A stretch of 64,000 nt of DNA from an uncultured bacterium (GCA_963824495.1 CAWGPQ010000008.1:205111-269110), one strand, 5' to 3'. Positions 9,154 through 21,030 are shown, counted from the stretch's first letter. The notes: generated by a model not told the origin, from the sequence alone. Made by a program: numbers and translations.

Positions 9154-12100
9154 TTACGCTGCTGGCGGCGTTAATTGCTGCTCTTGGAAAGCCTGCTTTT
9201 CAATATATTTTTTCCTAAACGATGTTATTCCCGTTCCAGCAGGAATCAACTTACCTATAATAACATTTTCCTTTAATCCGTAAAGATAGTCAACTTGTCC
9301 TGAAATTGCCGCCTCGGCAAGTATTCGTGTTGTTTCTTGGAACGAAGCTGCAGCAAATACGCTCTCAGTTCCCAACGAAGCAAGTGTAATACCCATGAGT
9401 ACGGGCTTTGCTACAGCAACTTTTTTGCCTTCTGCTTGAAGGGCAGCGTTGACGGTCTTAAAATGAATACGATCGACACGATCACCTATCAAGAAATCAG
9501 TATCTCCCGGATCAATAATGCGTACTTTGCGAAGCATTTGTCGAACAATTAATTCAATATGCCTATCGTTAATATTAATACCCTGAAGACGATAGATCTC
9601 TTGAATTTGGTTAACAAGATAGCGCTGAAGAGTATCCGGCCCAAGAATACGCAAAATATCATGTAATACTGGGGCACCTGATGTTAAAGGATCACCTGCG
9701 CTTACATGATCACCATTAACTACGTTCAACTGCTTGCCTCGAGGGATAAAGTAATCATATGACTCATCCCCGTTTACGACAGAGACTTTCCTTAAGCCTC
9801 TGTGAAGTCCACCAAAAACAACTTCACCATCGATATCAGCCAATATAGCTGGATCTTTTGGTGCGCGAGCTTCAAACAATTCAGCAATACGGGGCAAGCC
9901 GCCTGTTATGTCTTTCGTTCGCGTAACTTCACGTGGCATTTTTACGAGAACGTCACCAACTTCAACGTGCTGATTTGGTTCAACGTTTATATGAGCCCCT
10001 GTGGGCAAATAATACTGTGCTATCTCATCGCCCTGCTGATTAAGAATACTTATAGCTGGTTGATATTTGTCACTCCTATGCTCAAGTACCATCTTAGTAG
10101 ATCGATTAGTTGCCTCATCAAATCGCTCTTGAACCGTTACGTTTTCCAACAGATCAACATACTGAACAATACCGGCTTGTTCCGTCAAGATCACTTTATT
10201 ATGAGAATCCCATTCAGCAAGTTTTGTACCGGGTGTAACTACATGACCATCGTCAACTAAGAGCACAGATCCATACTCAAGCTCATGGCGCTGAAGTTCC
10301 CGTCCATCGGGGGAAACGATAAGCAATCGAGCTTTTCTGCTCATAATAACGTTCTGACCCAAGCGGTTGCGTACGGTTTGTATACCCCGTAACTGAACGA
10401 TACCATTATGTTTAGCACTAAATGATGATTGTTCACTCAGGCTTGCCGTACCTCCAATGTGAAAAGTTCTCATGGTTAACTGAGTACCAGGCTCACCTAT
10501 AGATTGAGCTGCAATCGTACCGACTGCGGTACCAACATCGACAAGCTCGCTCTTAGATAGATCCATGCCATAACAAATAGCACAGACACCTCGTTTTGCT
10601 TGACACACAAGAACAGACCTAACGGCAACTTTTGAGACCGAAGAATTGGCCATTTTATCAAGATCATCGCGCCGAACAAGCGATCCCTGGGTAAACAGCA
10701 ATTGCCCTGTAACTGGATCTTTGATATCAGTTGCTACAACGCGGCCATAGACTCGGTTAACCAAGTGATAAATAATATCACCTGACTCTTGTAAGTCTTC
10801 AAGTTCAATAAAGCCCAATGTTCTACAGTCGGTCATAGTTACAACAACATCTTGTGCGACATCAACCAAACGGCGTGTTAAATACCCAGAGTTAGCCGTT
10901 TTTAATGCAGTATCGGCTTGGCCTTTACGGGCACCATGCGTAGAAATAAAGTATTCAAATACACTTAAGCCATCTTTAAAATTGGTTTTAACCGGCGTTT
11001 CCATAACTTCACCGGAAGGCTTAGACATAAGACCTCGCATACCAACTAACTGCTTAATTTGTTCTTTTGAGCCTTTAGCGCCTGAATCAAGCATCATAAA
11101 AATATTATTAAATGGTCTAAACGACCGGTTTTCATTTATAAATGCTTCTTGATCTTGTCGTTCAAGATCTTTTGCCATATTAGCGGCTACCTCACCCGAT
11201 GCTTGATACCAAATGCTAATTACTTTATTATAGCGTTCACCATTAGTAATAACACCGTCCATGTAGAGTTGTTCAATACGTTGAACCTCTTTTTCAGCCT
11301 TACGAATAATAGCATCTTTCTTTTCAGGAACAAGCAGATTCTCTATAGATATAGATAAACCACCCATGGTAGCTTGTTCAAAACCAAGCTTCTTAATATT
11401 ATCTAAAAATTTAAATGTTGCTTCGCTACCACAACGGTAATAAACACGTTCTACCAGCTTGGTCAAATCAGATTTAGCCATAATCTTGTTAACCCATTGA
11501 AAGTCGCAACCCTCAGGCAATGCCTTAAAAAGCAGTACTCGCCCCACGGTTGTGTCGACAATTTTATCTGGACTTAAGCGTACTTTAATACGAGCGTGAA
11601 TAGCTGCTTTATTAAACTGATGTGCTGATACTACTTCATCAGGCGAAGCAAAAACTATATCCTCGCCTAACGCATGGGCACGCACTTTTGTTAAGTAATG
11701 CAACCCTAGCACCATGTCTTGTGAAGGAACTGTTACGGGACTACCACTCGATGGCGACAGAATATTTTTTATCGAAAGGATAAGCACCCGTGCTTCTTCT
11801 TTGGCTTCAGTGCTCAAGGGTACATGGACAGCCATCTGATCACCATCAAAGTCAGCATTAAATGCATAACATACAAGCGGATGTATCTTAATAGCTTTAC
11901 CATCGACCAGGATTGGATAGAAGGCTTGGATACTTAACCTATGAAGTGTCGGTGCACGATTTAAAAGTACCGGATGATCCTTTACAACTTCTTCTAAAAC
12001 ATCCCATACTTCAGGCAAGCTTTCTTCAACCATACGTTTTGCAACACGAAGATTAGGCGCAAGTTCACGCTCAAGTAATCCCGCATATACGTGAGATTTA

Positions 12101-13239
12101 AAGAGCTCCAATGCCATAATTTTTGGCAGACCACATTGATCCATGCGTAACTCTGGATCAACAACAATAACTGATCGTCCGGAGTAATCAACGCGCTTAC
12201 CTAAAAGATTTTGTCTAAAGCGTCCTTGCTTACCTCGCAACATTTCACTCAACGATTTGAGTGGCCGACGGTTTGAACCACGTACGATTTGTCCACGGCG
12301 GCCATTGTCTATTAATGCATCGCAAGATTCTTGAAGCATGCGCTTCTCATTTTTAATAATTACTAAAGGTGCTTCAATTTCAATAAGACGCTGCAGTCGA
12401 ATATTACGATTAAGTACACGACGATAGAGTTCATTAAGATCGGAGCTTGCAAATCGACCACCTTCAAGAGGTACAAGCGGACGCAAATCAGGCGGTAGCA
12501 CGGGCAACACGCTCAATATCATCCATTCTGGTCGTAGATTCCCTTGAGTTAACCCAGAAAATATCTTAATGCGACGCATGATTTTATGTCGAGCGGCAAC
12601 TGAAGCTGTTTTCGTATACTCTTCTTTTAGGCGTGTAATCTCAAGCTGTAGGTCAAACATACTTAATACTTGTCGAAGCGCTTCCGCACCAATTTCTGCA
12701 ACAAATTCTGTATCTTCTGGATGAAGATCTTTATAGGTATCGTAATCAATAGTGCTCAGCAAAGACTTACGTGGATAGGGTGAACGACCTTGATGTACAA
12801 CCATATATGCATCAAAGTAAACAACACGTTCCAAGTCTTTTACTGGCATATCGAGCATCAGCCCAAGATAACTTGGAATACCCTTGAGATACCAAATATG
12901 ACAAACGGGTGCTACAAGCTCAATATGTCCCATACGCTCACGCCGAACACGCGATTGTATAACCTCAACTCCACATTTTTCACAGGTAATACCACGGTGT
13001 TTCATACGCTTGTATTTACCACAGTTGCATTCCCAGTCTTTTGTAGGACCAAAGATACGTGCACAAAATAAACCATCTCGCTCTGGCTTAAGTGTACGAT
13101 AGTTGATCGTTTCTATCTTTTTAACTTCACCATATGATAATGATCGTATTTTATCGGGGGAAGCCAGACCTATTCTTATAGCGTTAAACTGGTTAGTTTG
13201 GATATATTCTCTAAATCGCTCAAGCATTCGATTAGTCAC
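9154..13239 (-). CDS. rpoC: RNA polymerase beta' subunit
   Basis: NADFDGD and Zn-finger motifs. Likely start is the GTG at 13239, 6 nt after a GGAGG SD (the track uses 13257). Confidence 0.98.
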   Translation of the reverse strand: MTNRMLERFREYIQTNQFNAIRIGLASPDKIRSLSYGEVKKIETINYRTLKPERDGLFCARIFGPTKDWECNCGKYKRMKHRGITCEKCGVEVIQSRVRRERMGHIELVAPVCHIWYLKGIPSYLGLMLDMPVKDLERVVYFDAYMVVHQGRSPYPRKSLLSTIDYDTYKDLHPEDTEFVAEIGAEALRQVLSMFDLQLEITRLKEEYTKTASVAARHKIMRRIKIFSGLTQGNLRPEWMILSVLPVLPPDLRPLVPLEGGRFASSDLNELYRRVLNRNIRLQRLIEIEAPLVIIKNEKRMLQESCDALIDNGRRGQIVRGSNRRPLKSLSEMLRGKQGRFRQNLLGKRVDYSGRSVIVVDPELRMDQCGLPKIMALELFKSHVYAGLLERELAPNLRVAKRMVEESLPEVWDVLEEVVKDHPVLLNRAPTLHRLSIQAFYPILVDGKAIKIHPLVCYAFNADFDGDQMAVHVPLSTEAKEEARVLILSIKNILSPSSGSPVTVPSQDMVLGLHYLTKVRAHALGEDIVFASPDEVVSAHQFNKAAIHARIKVRLSPDKIVDTTVGRVLLFKALPEGCDFQWVNKIMAKSDLTKLVERVYYRCGSEATFKFLDNIKKLGFEQATMGGLSISIENLLVPEKKDAIIRKAEKEVQRIEQLYMDGVITNGERYNKVISIWYQASGEVAANMAKDLERQDQEAFINENRSFRPFNNIFMMLDSGAKGSKEQIKQLVGMRGLMSKPSGEVMETPVKTNFKDGLSVFEYFISTHGARKGQADTALKTANSGYLTRRLVDVAQDVVVTMTDCRTLGFIELEDLQESGDIIYHLVNRVYGRVVATDIKDPVTGQLLFTQGSLVRRDDLDKMANSSVSKVAVRSVLVCQAKRGVCAICYGMDLSKSELVDVGTAVGTIAAQSIGEPGTQLTMRTFHIGGTASLSEQSSFSAKHNGIVQLRGIQTVRNRLGQNVIMSRKARLLIVSPDGRELQRHELEYGSVLLVDDGHVVTPGTKLAEWDSHNKVILTEQAGIVQYVDLLENVTVQERFDEATNRSTKMVLEHRSDKYQPAISILNQQGDEIAQYYLPTGAHINVEPNQHVEVGDVLVKMPREVTRTKDITGGLPRIAELFEARAPKDPAILADIDGEVVFGGLHRGLRKVSVVNGDESYDYFIPRGKQLNVVNGDHVSAGDPLTSGAPVLHDILRILGPDTLQRYLVNQIQEIYRLQGININDRHIELIVRQMLRKVRIIDPGDTDFLIGDRVDRIHFKTVNAALQAEGKKVAVAKPVLMGITLASLGTESVFAAASFQETTRILAEAAISGQVDYLYGLKENVIIGKLIPAGTGITSFRKKYIEKQAFQEQQLTPPAA

Positions 13240-13259
13240 TGACGTCCTCCTTGCCACTC

Positions 13260-16200
13260 TTAAATAAATCTACTGCGAAGACCTAAACTTTGAAGCTCTT
13301 TAATCAATACATTAAATGATTCAGGTAAGCCTGGCTCTGGTACGTCCTCACCTCGCACAATAGCATCGCAAACCTTATGACGTCCGGGAACATCATCAGA
13401 TTTATACGTAAGCATTTCTTGTAACGTATAAGCAGCCCCTGATGCTTCCAATGCCCACACTTCCATTTCACCAAATCGTTGGCCACCCATTTGTGCTTTA
13501 CCACCTAATGGCTGTTGAGTAACAAGCGAGTAGGGACCAACAGAACGAGCATGCAACTTATCATCAACCATGTGATTAAGTTTCATGATATACATAGAAC
13601 CTACCGTAACCGGTTGATCAAAATACTCACCTGTTCGTCCGTCGCGCAACCTAAACGTTCCTGTATCAAGAGCTTGAACTTCACGTAATAACGGTTGGAT
13701 ATCAGTTTCATAAGAGGCGCTGTCAAATACCGGCGTTTTATAGAACACGCCATGCTCAGCTGTATGTCGAGCAAGTGCCATGATGCCATCTTTACCTTGG
13801 GAATCTTCTATTTGGTCGATGAGATCTTTACCGTAATATTTATCAAGCTGTTTTCTAACCTCTTTAAACCCCTCGGTCTCGAGAAGAGCTTTAATTTTTT
13901 TACCAATCTCTACTCCAGCAAAACCCAACATAGATTCTAAGATTTGTCCAACGTTCATACGTGAAGGCACACCTATGGGATTCAGGATTATATCGACCGG
14001 TGTTCCATCTGCCATATACGGCATATCCTCACGAGGTACAATGAGCGAAACAACGCCTTTATTACCGTGCCGTCCTGCAATTTTATCACCGGCTTGGATT
14101 GAACGCTTCATAGCAATATAGACCTTTACCATCTTGATAACACCAGAAGGTAACACGTCACCTTTCTTGAGACGATTAATTCGTTCTTCTTGTAGTCCTC
14201 CGAGAATACGGATTTGATTTTCAAGAGTAATTCTTAACTGCTCAAGAAGACTATTGGTCTGTTTGTCCTCAGTACGAAGCACCAAGAGTTCGCGAGCGCT
14301 TAATCCCGTTAATTTTGCTTGATCATAAACACCCTGGCGTAACAGCGCTTTAGCATTTTTAGCAACCTGAGGCGCTTTGCCTGAAAGCTCTTGTATAGAT
14401 TTTTGGGTAACCATTTTTTCGAGCGTTGCAATATGCATTTCAAGCTCAGATTGAAGACGAGCTGTCTCTTTGGCTACGATGTCTTTATAGCGCTTATCTT
14501 TCCTCATGCCACTACGTGAAAAAAGCTTTACATCAATAACAGTGCCTTCAACACCCGGTGGAACACGCAACGATGTATCACGTACTTCGCGAGACTTTTC
14601 GCCAAATATAGCACGCAGTAATTTTTCTTCAGGAGAATACTGAATATCACCCTTCAGTGTAACTTTACCTACAAGAATATCACCTGGACGTACACGCGTA
14701 CCAATACGTACAATACCATCTTCGTCAAGACCAGCTAATGCTGCTTCACTGACATTAGGAATATCACGTGTTATTTCTTCAGGACCTAATTTAGTATCAC
14801 GTGCGTCAGCTATGTGCTCATCGATATGAACTGATGTTAACGTATCGTCTGCTACCAGTCGCTTATTAAGAACAATAGCATCCTCAAAGTTATAGCCACG
14901 CCATGGCATAAGTGCTACCAAAAGGTTAGCCCCAAGCGCAAGCTCCTCACCAGTGGTTGAGGAAGCATCTGTTAGCATATCACCTACTTCGATGCTTTGA
15001 CCACGTTCAACAATAGGAGATTGATGAATCCAGGTGCTATAACTTGAACGCTGAAACTTTCTTAAATAATAGATATCGACACCTTGCGAAATCCAGTCTT
15101 CAATATTTTTAAATTCTTGCTCATGAGCCCGCACAACAATTTTCTCAGAGGAAACGTATTCTACGTTACCTGCTCGTTTTGCCACAATACAGGATCCCGA
15201 GGCTCGAGCAATTTCTTTTTCCATGCCTGTACCAACACGCGGTGGTTGTGTTTTAATGAGAGGAACAGCTTGTCGTTGCATATTAGCACCCATTAACGCA
15301 CGGCTTGCATCGTCATGTTCCAGAAATGGTATTAAAGCTGTTGCAACTGAGACTAACTGCTTAGGCGAAAGGTCAATATAATCAATACGCTCTGCATCAG
15401 CATAGAGAAAATTGCCCTGATAGCGTGCAAATATATCATCACCTTGAAGATGAGAAGGGTCACGCTTTGACATAGCATCAGCCTGTGCAATATACTTAGA
15501 CTCTTCTTCAAAGGCGTCTAAAAATACAACATTATCTTGAATTGCGCCGTTGCGTACAGGGCGATACGCCGTTTCAATAAAGCCTAAGTCATTTACCATC
15601 GCGTAGGTTGCTAGCGAAGAAATTAAGCCAATAGTCTGACCTTCAGGAGTCTCAATAGGGCAAATACGGCCATAGTGTGAGTTATGGACATCGCGGATCT
15701 CATAGGTAGCTCGGTCTTTAAGCACGCCACCCGGTCCAAGAGCTGAAAGCCGACGCTTATGTGCTATTTCAGATAACGGATTAGTTTGATCCATAAATTG
15801 AGAGAGCTGACCAGTACCAAAAAATTCACGAATAACTGCACTAAGCGGTTTTACATTAAGAAAGTCTTGTGGCATGAGCGCGCCATGAGCTTCTTGAATC
15901 CTAAAGCGCTCCTGTACAATACGATCAATACGCAAAAGGCCAAGATAGACCTGGTTTGTAAGCAGTTCACCAACTAAGCGCACACGACGATTGCCTAAAT
16001 GATCGATATCGTCAAGCTCACCTTCACCTCGTTCACGCAAGCCAACAAGATATTTGATTGTTGCAAAGATATCTTCTTTGGTCAGAACAGTACTGTCTTC
16101 TGGTATTGCCAAGCCTAGTTTTCGATTCATCCGAATACGGCCTACTTTAGTGAGATCGTATAATCGTGGATTAAAGAATAAATTTTCTAGATGCTCTTTA

Positions 16201-17564
16201 ACCTCTTTTAACGATGAACTATCGCCTGGCCATAACCGGGCATGAACTTCTTTTAATGCATCTTCCTCGGAATACGCCTTATCCTGTGTAAGTGTTAGCG
16301 GGATAGTTGGCTGCAAAACATAGCCAGATGATACGATAAGTTGGAAGCTCAGTGATGGAAACTTTTTAAACAGTTCATAATGCTCTTCGGTAAAAGCTTG
16401 ACCTTGCTCAGCAAGAATCTCGCCCGTATCCGGATCTATAACGTCAGCACCAAATATACGATTAATAAGCGCTGCTTTACGCAACATCAAGCGGTCAATA
16501 CCTGCCTTTTCAAGACGAACTATTAGTTCCCGTGTGATGCGCTTACCTGCATAATAGTCTTCATCTTTAAGTGTCGTCATGCCTTTTTCAAAGCGCATAC
16601 CCAAAATACTTGTATCAAGTTTTTGGTAATATTCACCGTGTTCGACAAAGATCGTATCAAAAGTATAAAAGAAAGGGATAATCTTATCACGAGGAACTCC
16701 CAGCGCTTGTAGGAACGTTGTAACAAGAATTTTCTTCTTCTTATCAATACGTACATATAAGATATCGCTACTATCAAACTCGAAGTCAACCCATGAGCCA
16801 CGCATTGGTATAATACGTGCAATATAGTATGCCTTGCCCCTCACATCTTTTACTTTTTTACTGTGAGAAAAAATTACCCCTGGCGAACGATGAAGCTGGC
16901 TGACAATTACTCGATCAACACCATTGATAAGAAATGTTCCTAAATTACCCAGCTTAAAACGCCCATCTTCTTCATAAAGATCAGCCATAACGGGTACATC
17001 TGCAAAAAAGATATCTTGTTCTTTAATGTCACGTACAATTTTAGCTCCAGCTGCATCACTATCCCAGCTAATCAGCTGCATTTTTACCTTAAGTGGCATG
17101 GAGAACGTTTGCCCACTTGCACGACACTCATCAAGGGTGAGCGGTAATTGCACGGTAACCCTTGCTAAACAGTTAGGACAGGTCTTATATCGTGCCGTTT
17201 TATTATGACAAAACCGACATTCAAGATCAGGTGTCAAGCGCGATGCATCCGATTTTTTACACGAAGAACAGCTCCATGTATAACGATTGGTTATACCTGT
17301 TATTTTGCCACAGGTACATGCCCAATGCCCTAGCTCATAGCTTACGTATTCTAGTGACATTTTGTCACTGTAATCTATAGGGAAAATATCTCGAAAGACC
17401 TTCTCTAACCCAATTATCTGACGCTCAGATGGCAAGTAATCGAGCTGAGCAAACTCATTAAACGATCGTGACTGAATTTCTATTAAGTTAGGGACGGGAA
17501 CTATATCCTTGATCTTGCCAAAAGATCTTCGAACAGTTTCCTTGCTTGTGCGCAAGCTAGACAT
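13260..17564 (-). CDS. rpoB: RNA polymerase beta subunit (probable frameshift in last codons; corrected stop 13232)
   Basis: GDKIAGRHGNKG and GGQRFGEMEVWALE motifs; 8-Cys N-terminal insertion. Confidence 0.98.
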   Translation of the reverse strand: MSSLRTSKETVRRSFGKIKDIVPVPNLIEIQSRSFNEFAQLDYLPSERQIIGLEKVFRDIFPIDYSDKMSLEYVSYELGHWACTCGKITGITNRYTWSCSSCKKSDASRLTPDLECRFCHNKTARYKTCPNCLARVTVQLPLTLDECRASGQTFSMPLKVKMQLISWDSDAAGAKIVRDIKEQDIFFADVPVMADLYEEDGRFKLGNLGTFLINGVDRVIVSQLHRSPGVIFSHSKKVKDVRGKAYYIARIIPMRGSWVDFEFDSSDILYVRIDKKKKILVTTFLQALGVPRDKIIPFFYTFDTIFVEHGEYYQKLDTSILGMRFEKGMTTLKDEDYYAGKRITRELIVRLEKAGIDRLMLRKAALINRIFGADVIDPDTGEILAEQGQAFTEEHYELFKKFPSLSFQLIVSSGYVLQPTIPLTLTQDKAYSEEDALKEVHARLWPGDSSSLKEVKEHLENLFFNPRLYDLTKVGRIRMNRKLGLAIPEDSTVLTKEDIFATIKYLVGLRERGEGELDDIDHLGNRRVRLVGELLTNQVYLGLLRIDRIVQERFRIQEAHGALMPQDFLNVKPLSAVIREFFGTGQLSQFMDQTNPLSEIAHKRRLSALGPGGVLKDRATYEIRDVHNSHYGRICPIETPEGQTIGLISSLATYAMVNDLGFIETAYRPVRNGAIQDNVVFLDAFEEESKYIAQADAMSKRDPSHLQGDDIFARYQGNFLYADAERIDYIDLSPKQLVSVATALIPFLEHDDASRALMGANMQRQAVPLIKTQPPRVGTGMEKEIARASGSCIVAKRAGNVEYVSSEKIVVRAHEQEFKNIEDWISQGVDIYYLRKFQRSSYSTWIHQSPIVERGQSIEVGDMLTDASSTTGEELALGANLLVALMPWRGYNFEDAIVLNKRLVADDTLTSVHIDEHIADARDTKLGPEEITRDIPNVSEAALAGLDEDGIVRIGTRVRPGDILVGKVTLKGDIQYSPEEKLLRAIFGEKSREVRDTSLRVPPGVEGTVIDVKLFSRSGMRKDKRYKDIVAKETARLQSELEMHIATLEKMVTQKSIQELSGKAPQVAKNAKALLRQGVYDQAKLTGLSARELLVLRTEDKQTNSLLEQLRITLENQIRILGGLQEERINRLKKGDVLPSGVIKMVKVYIAMKRSIQAGDKIAGRHGNKGVVSLIVPREDMPYMADGTPVDIILNPIGVPSRMNVGQILESMLGFAGVEIGKKIKALLETEGFKEVRKQLDKYYGKDLIDQIEDSQGKDGIMALARHTAEHGVFYKTPVFDSASYETDIQPLLREVQALDTGTFRLRDGRTGEYFDQPVTVGSMYIMKLNHMVDDKLHARSVGPYSLVTQQPLGGKAQMGGQRFGEMEVWALEASGAAYTLQEMLTYKSDDVPGRHKVCDAIVRGEDVPEPGLPESFNVLIKELQSLGLRSRFI

Positions 17565-17606
17565 TAAGCTGCTCCTCGTATTACCAAAAACTGTTTCACC
17601 TGCGGA

Positions 17607-18005
17607 TTATGAAACCTTAACTTTAGCTCCAGCTGCTTCAAGTGCTTCCTTCATAGCCTTTGCTTCATCTTTAGATGCAGCTTCAGCAATAACCGTTGGC
17701 GCTTCTTCAACAGCTTTTTTAGCATCAAGAAGTGTTAAATCTTTCTTGACTTGTCGAAGCGCTTTTATGGTCTTAATTTTATCGGTACCTCCATCAAGCA
17801 GTTCAACTTTATAGGAGGCCTTTTCTTCCTCCTTTTTAGCTTCAGCTGTTGGAGCTGCCGCACCCGCAGGCGCCATCATAGACATCGTTGGCATCGTCGC
17901 AGAAACACCAAACTTTGCCGCTAAACGATCTTTAAGCTCTGCAAGTTCAAGCACCTTAAGATTAGCTATATCATCAATTATTTGATCAAGTGATCGTGTC
18001 GCCAT
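17607..18005 (-). CDS. rplL: 50S ribosomal protein L7/L12
   Basis: LELAEL...KFGVSA, Ala-rich hinge, LEAAGAKV. Confidence 0.97.
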   Translation of the reverse strand: MATRSLDQIIDDIANLKVLELAELKDRLAAKFGVSATMPTMSMMAPAGAAAPTAEAKKEEEKASYKVELLDGGTDKIKTIKALRQVKKDLTLLDAKKAVEEAPTVIAEAASKDEAKAMKEALEAAGAKVKVS

Positions 18006-18062
18006 AATAGTCTCCCTATAGCGTATTTCTTAAAACATCTCTTACGTTAACAGTATCCGCCA

Positions 18063-18575
18063 TTATTGGCGTGACGCTTGGTCGAGTATCCACAAGAAAT
18101 CCGCTACGACCCGTTGTAAAAGGCCTACGAATGATGCAAGTGGAGCTTCCAATACACCACATGTTTGTGCTTGGAGTACCTCTTTTGGTGGCAGTGACGC
18201 TAACGATATCACGCCATCTTTACCGATAACATGCGTATCTAAGCAACCTGCAACAATAACCAAACGTGAATTTTCTTTTGAAACATCCAAAAGAACTTTT
18301 GCTACAGCAGGCGATTCTTGACCAACAAATACAATACCAACCTGCTCTTTAAAATACGGATTAAGATCACGTATTCCTGGCATATCGCTTGTAGCAATCT
18401 TAAGCAAAGTATTTTTAGCAACCTTAAGTTGCCCACCTTGAGCACGAATATTTTTACGTAAGCCTTGCAGCTGGCTTACCGTCATACCCTGCACCACTAT
18501 TACAAATGATGCTTGACTGTGTGAAAAATCTCCCTTAAGCGACTCAATAACCATCTCTTTTTCTTGACGATTCAT
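18063..18575 (-). CDS. rplJ: 50S ribosomal protein L10
   Basis: GMTVSQLQGLR, KVAKNTL and LASLPPKE motifs; operon position. Confidence 0.95.
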   Translation of the reverse strand: MNRQEKEMVIESLKGDFSHSQASFVIVVQGMTVSQLQGLRKNIRAQGGQLKVAKNTLLKIATSDMPGIRDLNPYFKEQVGIVFVGQESPAVAKVLLDVSKENSRLVIVAGCLDTHVIGKDGVISLASLPPKEVLQAQTCGVLEAPLASFVGLLQRVVADFLWILDQASRQ

Positions 18576-18601
18576 GCTAGTACCTCGTGTTCTCGTTATA
18601 C

Positions 18602-19294
18602 TTACGAAAGCTCATCAGGGACGACTTGAAGACCAACCCCCATTGTAGATGAAATCGTCATCTTTTTAATAAACTTGCCCTTTGATGATGGTGGCTTTGA
18701 TGAAAGTAAGGCTTTTAAAAATGCGATAAGATTTTCGTAAAGCTGAGTAGCATCAAATGAAACTTTCCCGAAACGAAAGTGTACACTACCACTTTTGTCA
18801 CTCTTAAAAAATTGACGACCCCTCTTCAAATCAGTAACAATAGGCCCTATATCAAATGTTACCGTACCGGCCTTTTTATTTGGCAAAAGCCCTCGAGGTC
18901 CTAGTATCTTGGCAACCTTACCAACAAGACCCATTAAATCCGGTGTAGCGACAGCATAATCAAAGTCAAGCCAGCCAGATTCAATCTTTTCAATAAGATC
19001 TTCAGCACCTATATAATCAGCTCCGGCTTTGTGAGCTTCGTCAACATAGTCCCCTTTAACAAAAGCAGCAACCTTCACCTTTTTGCCTGTGCCATAGGGC
19101 AGCAATATCGATCCGCGTACTGCTTGATCACTCTTGGATGGATCGATGCCAAGATTAACATCAACGTCAACCGATTCATCAAAACGGGCATGTGCCAACT
19201 CTTTTACTTTGGCTATACCCTCCTGTAACGAAAAGGTTTTCTTTTCGCCCAGTGCGTCTTTAGCTTTTTGGTAATTTTTACCATGTGCTGTCAT
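18602..19294 (-). CDS. rplA: 50S ribosomal protein L1
   Basis: FDESVD, LGPRGLLPNKK.GT and ISSTMG motifs. Confidence 0.97.
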   Translation of the reverse strand: MTAHGKNYQKAKDALGEKKTFSLQEGIAKVKELAHARFDESVDVDVNLGIDPSKSDQAVRGSILLPYGTGKKVKVAAFVKGDYVDEAHKAGADYIGAEDLIEKIESGWLDFDYAVATPDLMGLVGKVAKILGPRGLLPNKKAGTVTFDIGPIVTDLKRGRQFFKSDKSGSVHFRFGKVSFDATQLYENLIAFLKALLSSKPPSSKGKFIKKMTISSTMGVGLQVVPDELS

Positions 19295-19304
19295 ATATAC
19301 CTCA

Positions 19305-19727
19305 TCAGATTACGCTGACGCCCATACTGCGTGCAGTACCGGCTATAATTTTTTTAGCTTCTTCTATAGTAGTAGCATTAAGATCCGGTAATTTTATCCG
19401 TGCTATCTCTTCTATATCTTTCCATGAAAGACTACCAACCTGCTCTGATTTAGCTTTTGCGGCACCTTTTGCAATATTTGCTCTTTTTTTAATCAATTCA
19501 GATGCTGGTGGCGTTTTAATTAAAAAATCAAATTTCTTATCAACATAAATTGTTACCACAACAGGGACGGTCTGGCCCTTTCTATCAGCAGTTTTTGCAT
19601 TAAACTGTTTACAGAACTCCATCATATTAATGCCATGAGGACCTAACGATGAGCCAACAGGTGGTGCTGGCGTTGCAGCTCCCCCTGGAATCTGCAAGCG
19701 GACTGTCGCTTTTATTTCTTTTGCCAT
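19305..19727 (-). CDS. rplK: 50S ribosomal protein L11
   Basis: ATPAPPVG, FCKQFNA and GTARSMG motifs. Confidence 0.97.
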   Translation of the reverse strand: MAKEIKATVRLQIPGGAATPAPPVGSSLGPHGINMMEFCKQFNAKTADRKGQTVPVVVTIYVDKKFDFLIKTPPASELIKKRANIAKGAAKAKSEQVGSLSWKDIEEIARIKLPDLNATTIEEAKKIIAGTARSMGVSVI

Positions 19728-19762
19728 AGTACTATACCCACTAAGCTTATTACGCGCTTAAC

Positions 19763-20269
19763 TTATTGTTTAACCTGATCAAAACCTAACTCTACGGGTG
19801 TCATTCTTCCAAAAATGCTGACCATAACTCTGAGCTTTTTGTCAGCTTCGTTAACAGAGTCAACAACACCAAAAAAACCAGAAAAGGGACCCACATTAAT
19901 TTCAACTTCTTTACCCACTTCAAATTCATGCTTTTCATGTGGTATAACTACTTTACCCTCAATTTGAGCTTGCACACGCTCAATTTCTCGCTTTGAGAGT
20001 GTACCAAGTACGCGTAATACCCGCTGGTTTGATTCAAGCAGACGCAGCGCCTCGGGCACGGGCTCAAGTTCAACCAAAAGATAGCCGGGAAAAAGCTGCT
20101 GATCTTGTAGAGCATCGGTTGTATTAAAAAATTGCTTCATCTTAGCTGAAGGAATTAAAACATCACCAAAAAGGCTTTCAAGTCCTGTCTCTTGAACACG
20201 CTTTAAGAGATCTGCCTTAACTATATTCTCATAGCCAGCATATACTTGTATAACATACCAACGTTTCAT
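19763..20269 (-). CDS. nusG: Transcription termination/antitermination factor NusG
   Basis: WYVIQVYAGYE, FPGYLLV and KOW GPFSGF..VSIFGRMTPVEL motifs. Confidence 0.96.
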   Translation of the reverse strand: MKRWYVIQVYAGYENIVKADLLKRVQETGLESLFGDVLIPSAKMKQFFNTTDALQDQQLFPGYLLVELEPVPEALRLLESNQRVLRVLGTLSKREIERVQAQIEGKVVIPHEKHEFEVGKEVEINVGPFSGFFGVVDSVNEADKKLRVMVSIFGRMTPVELGFDQVKQ

Positions 20270-20286
20270 GGAGCATACGCCTTTTA

Positions 20287-20478
20287 CTAAAAGCTGTAGG
20301 TAAAGATCTGCTTAGCGATCAACGAAATTATGCGATCAACGGTACCTAAAAAGAGAGAGAATAGTATAATGGTTATCAACGTAATAATCGTTGCTCCCAT
20401 CCATTCGTCAAATTTCGGCCACTCAATACGTGATAATTCAATTTTTACTTCGCTAAGAAACTGCGCAACATTTTTCAT
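20287..20478 (-). CDS. secE: Preprotein translocase subunit SecE
   Basis: EVKIELSRIEWP followed by a TM helix. Confidence 0.93.
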   Translation of the reverse strand: MKNVAQFLSEVKIELSRIEWPKFDEWMGATIITLITIILFSLFLGTVDRIISLIAKQIFTYSF

Positions 20479-20513
20479 ATCATCACCAACACAATCCTGC
20501 TTTTTCTACCTCG

Positions 20514-20589
20514 TGGCAGGCCAGGAGGGATTCGAACCCCCAACCCGCAGATTTGGAGTCTGCCGCTCTGCCGTTAGAGCTACTGGCCT
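20514..20589 (-). tRNA. tRNA-Trp(CCA)
   Basis: Cloverleaf; GCAGA-CTCCAAA-TCTGC; CCA encoded. Confidence 0.95.
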
Positions 20590-20598
20590 TTTAACCTG

Positions 20599-20757
20599 CT
20601 ACTTGGTCTCTTTGTGAAGCGAGTGCTTGCGGCAACGAGAGCAATACTTACTCAACTTTAAGGAGCCAGCTGTTCTTTTTTTAGCTACCACTTGAGAGTA
20701 GTTACGCTCTCTGCATGCCTCGCACGCCAAATGGGTAATTACTCGATTTTTTGCCAT
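20599..20757 (-). CDS. rpmG: 50S ribosomal protein L33 (Zn-binding type)
   Basis: Hand translation MAKNRVITHLACEACRERNYSQVVAKKRTAGSLKLSKYCSRCRKHSLHKETK; below the ORF track size cutoff. Confidence 0.95.
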   Translation of the reverse strand: MAKNRVITHLACEACRERNYSQVVAKKRTAGSLKLSKYCSRCRKHSLHKETK

Positions 20758-20800
20758 AATAACCTATTATATCATATTTTTTATGAGTGAGCCATTAAAT

Positions 20801-20876
20801 TGGAGCCCGCGACCGGATTTGAACCGGTGACCTCTCCCTTACCAAGGAAGTGCTCTACCGACTGAGCTACGTGGGC
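20801..20876 (-). tRNA. tRNA-Thr(GGT)
   Basis: Cloverleaf; loop TTGGTAA; CCA encoded. Confidence 0.93.
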
Positions 20877-20954
20877 CACGGCAACTTTATAGCTTTAGAT
20901 ACTAGTTTAATTGAAAAAAAAGCAAAAAACAATAGCATCTTAAGCATCTTAACA

Positions 20955-21030
20955 TGGAGCTGGCGACTGGATTTGAACCAGCGACCTGCTGATTACAAAT
21001 CAGCTGCTCTACCAACTGAGCTACGCCAGC
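20955..21030 (-). tRNA. tRNA-Thr(TGT)
   Basis: GCTGA-TTTGTAA-TCAGC; CCA encoded. Confidence 0.95.

Noticed and set aside
9154..17564. rpoB-rpoC fusion
   Set aside because: Both the given and the corrected rpoB frames stop, and rpoC has its own SD and GTG start.
6230..19548. Short antisense or alternate-frame ORFs within rph, pnp, rpoBC and ribosomal protein genes
   Set aside because: Shadow ORFs with no motifs or ribosome-binding sites.
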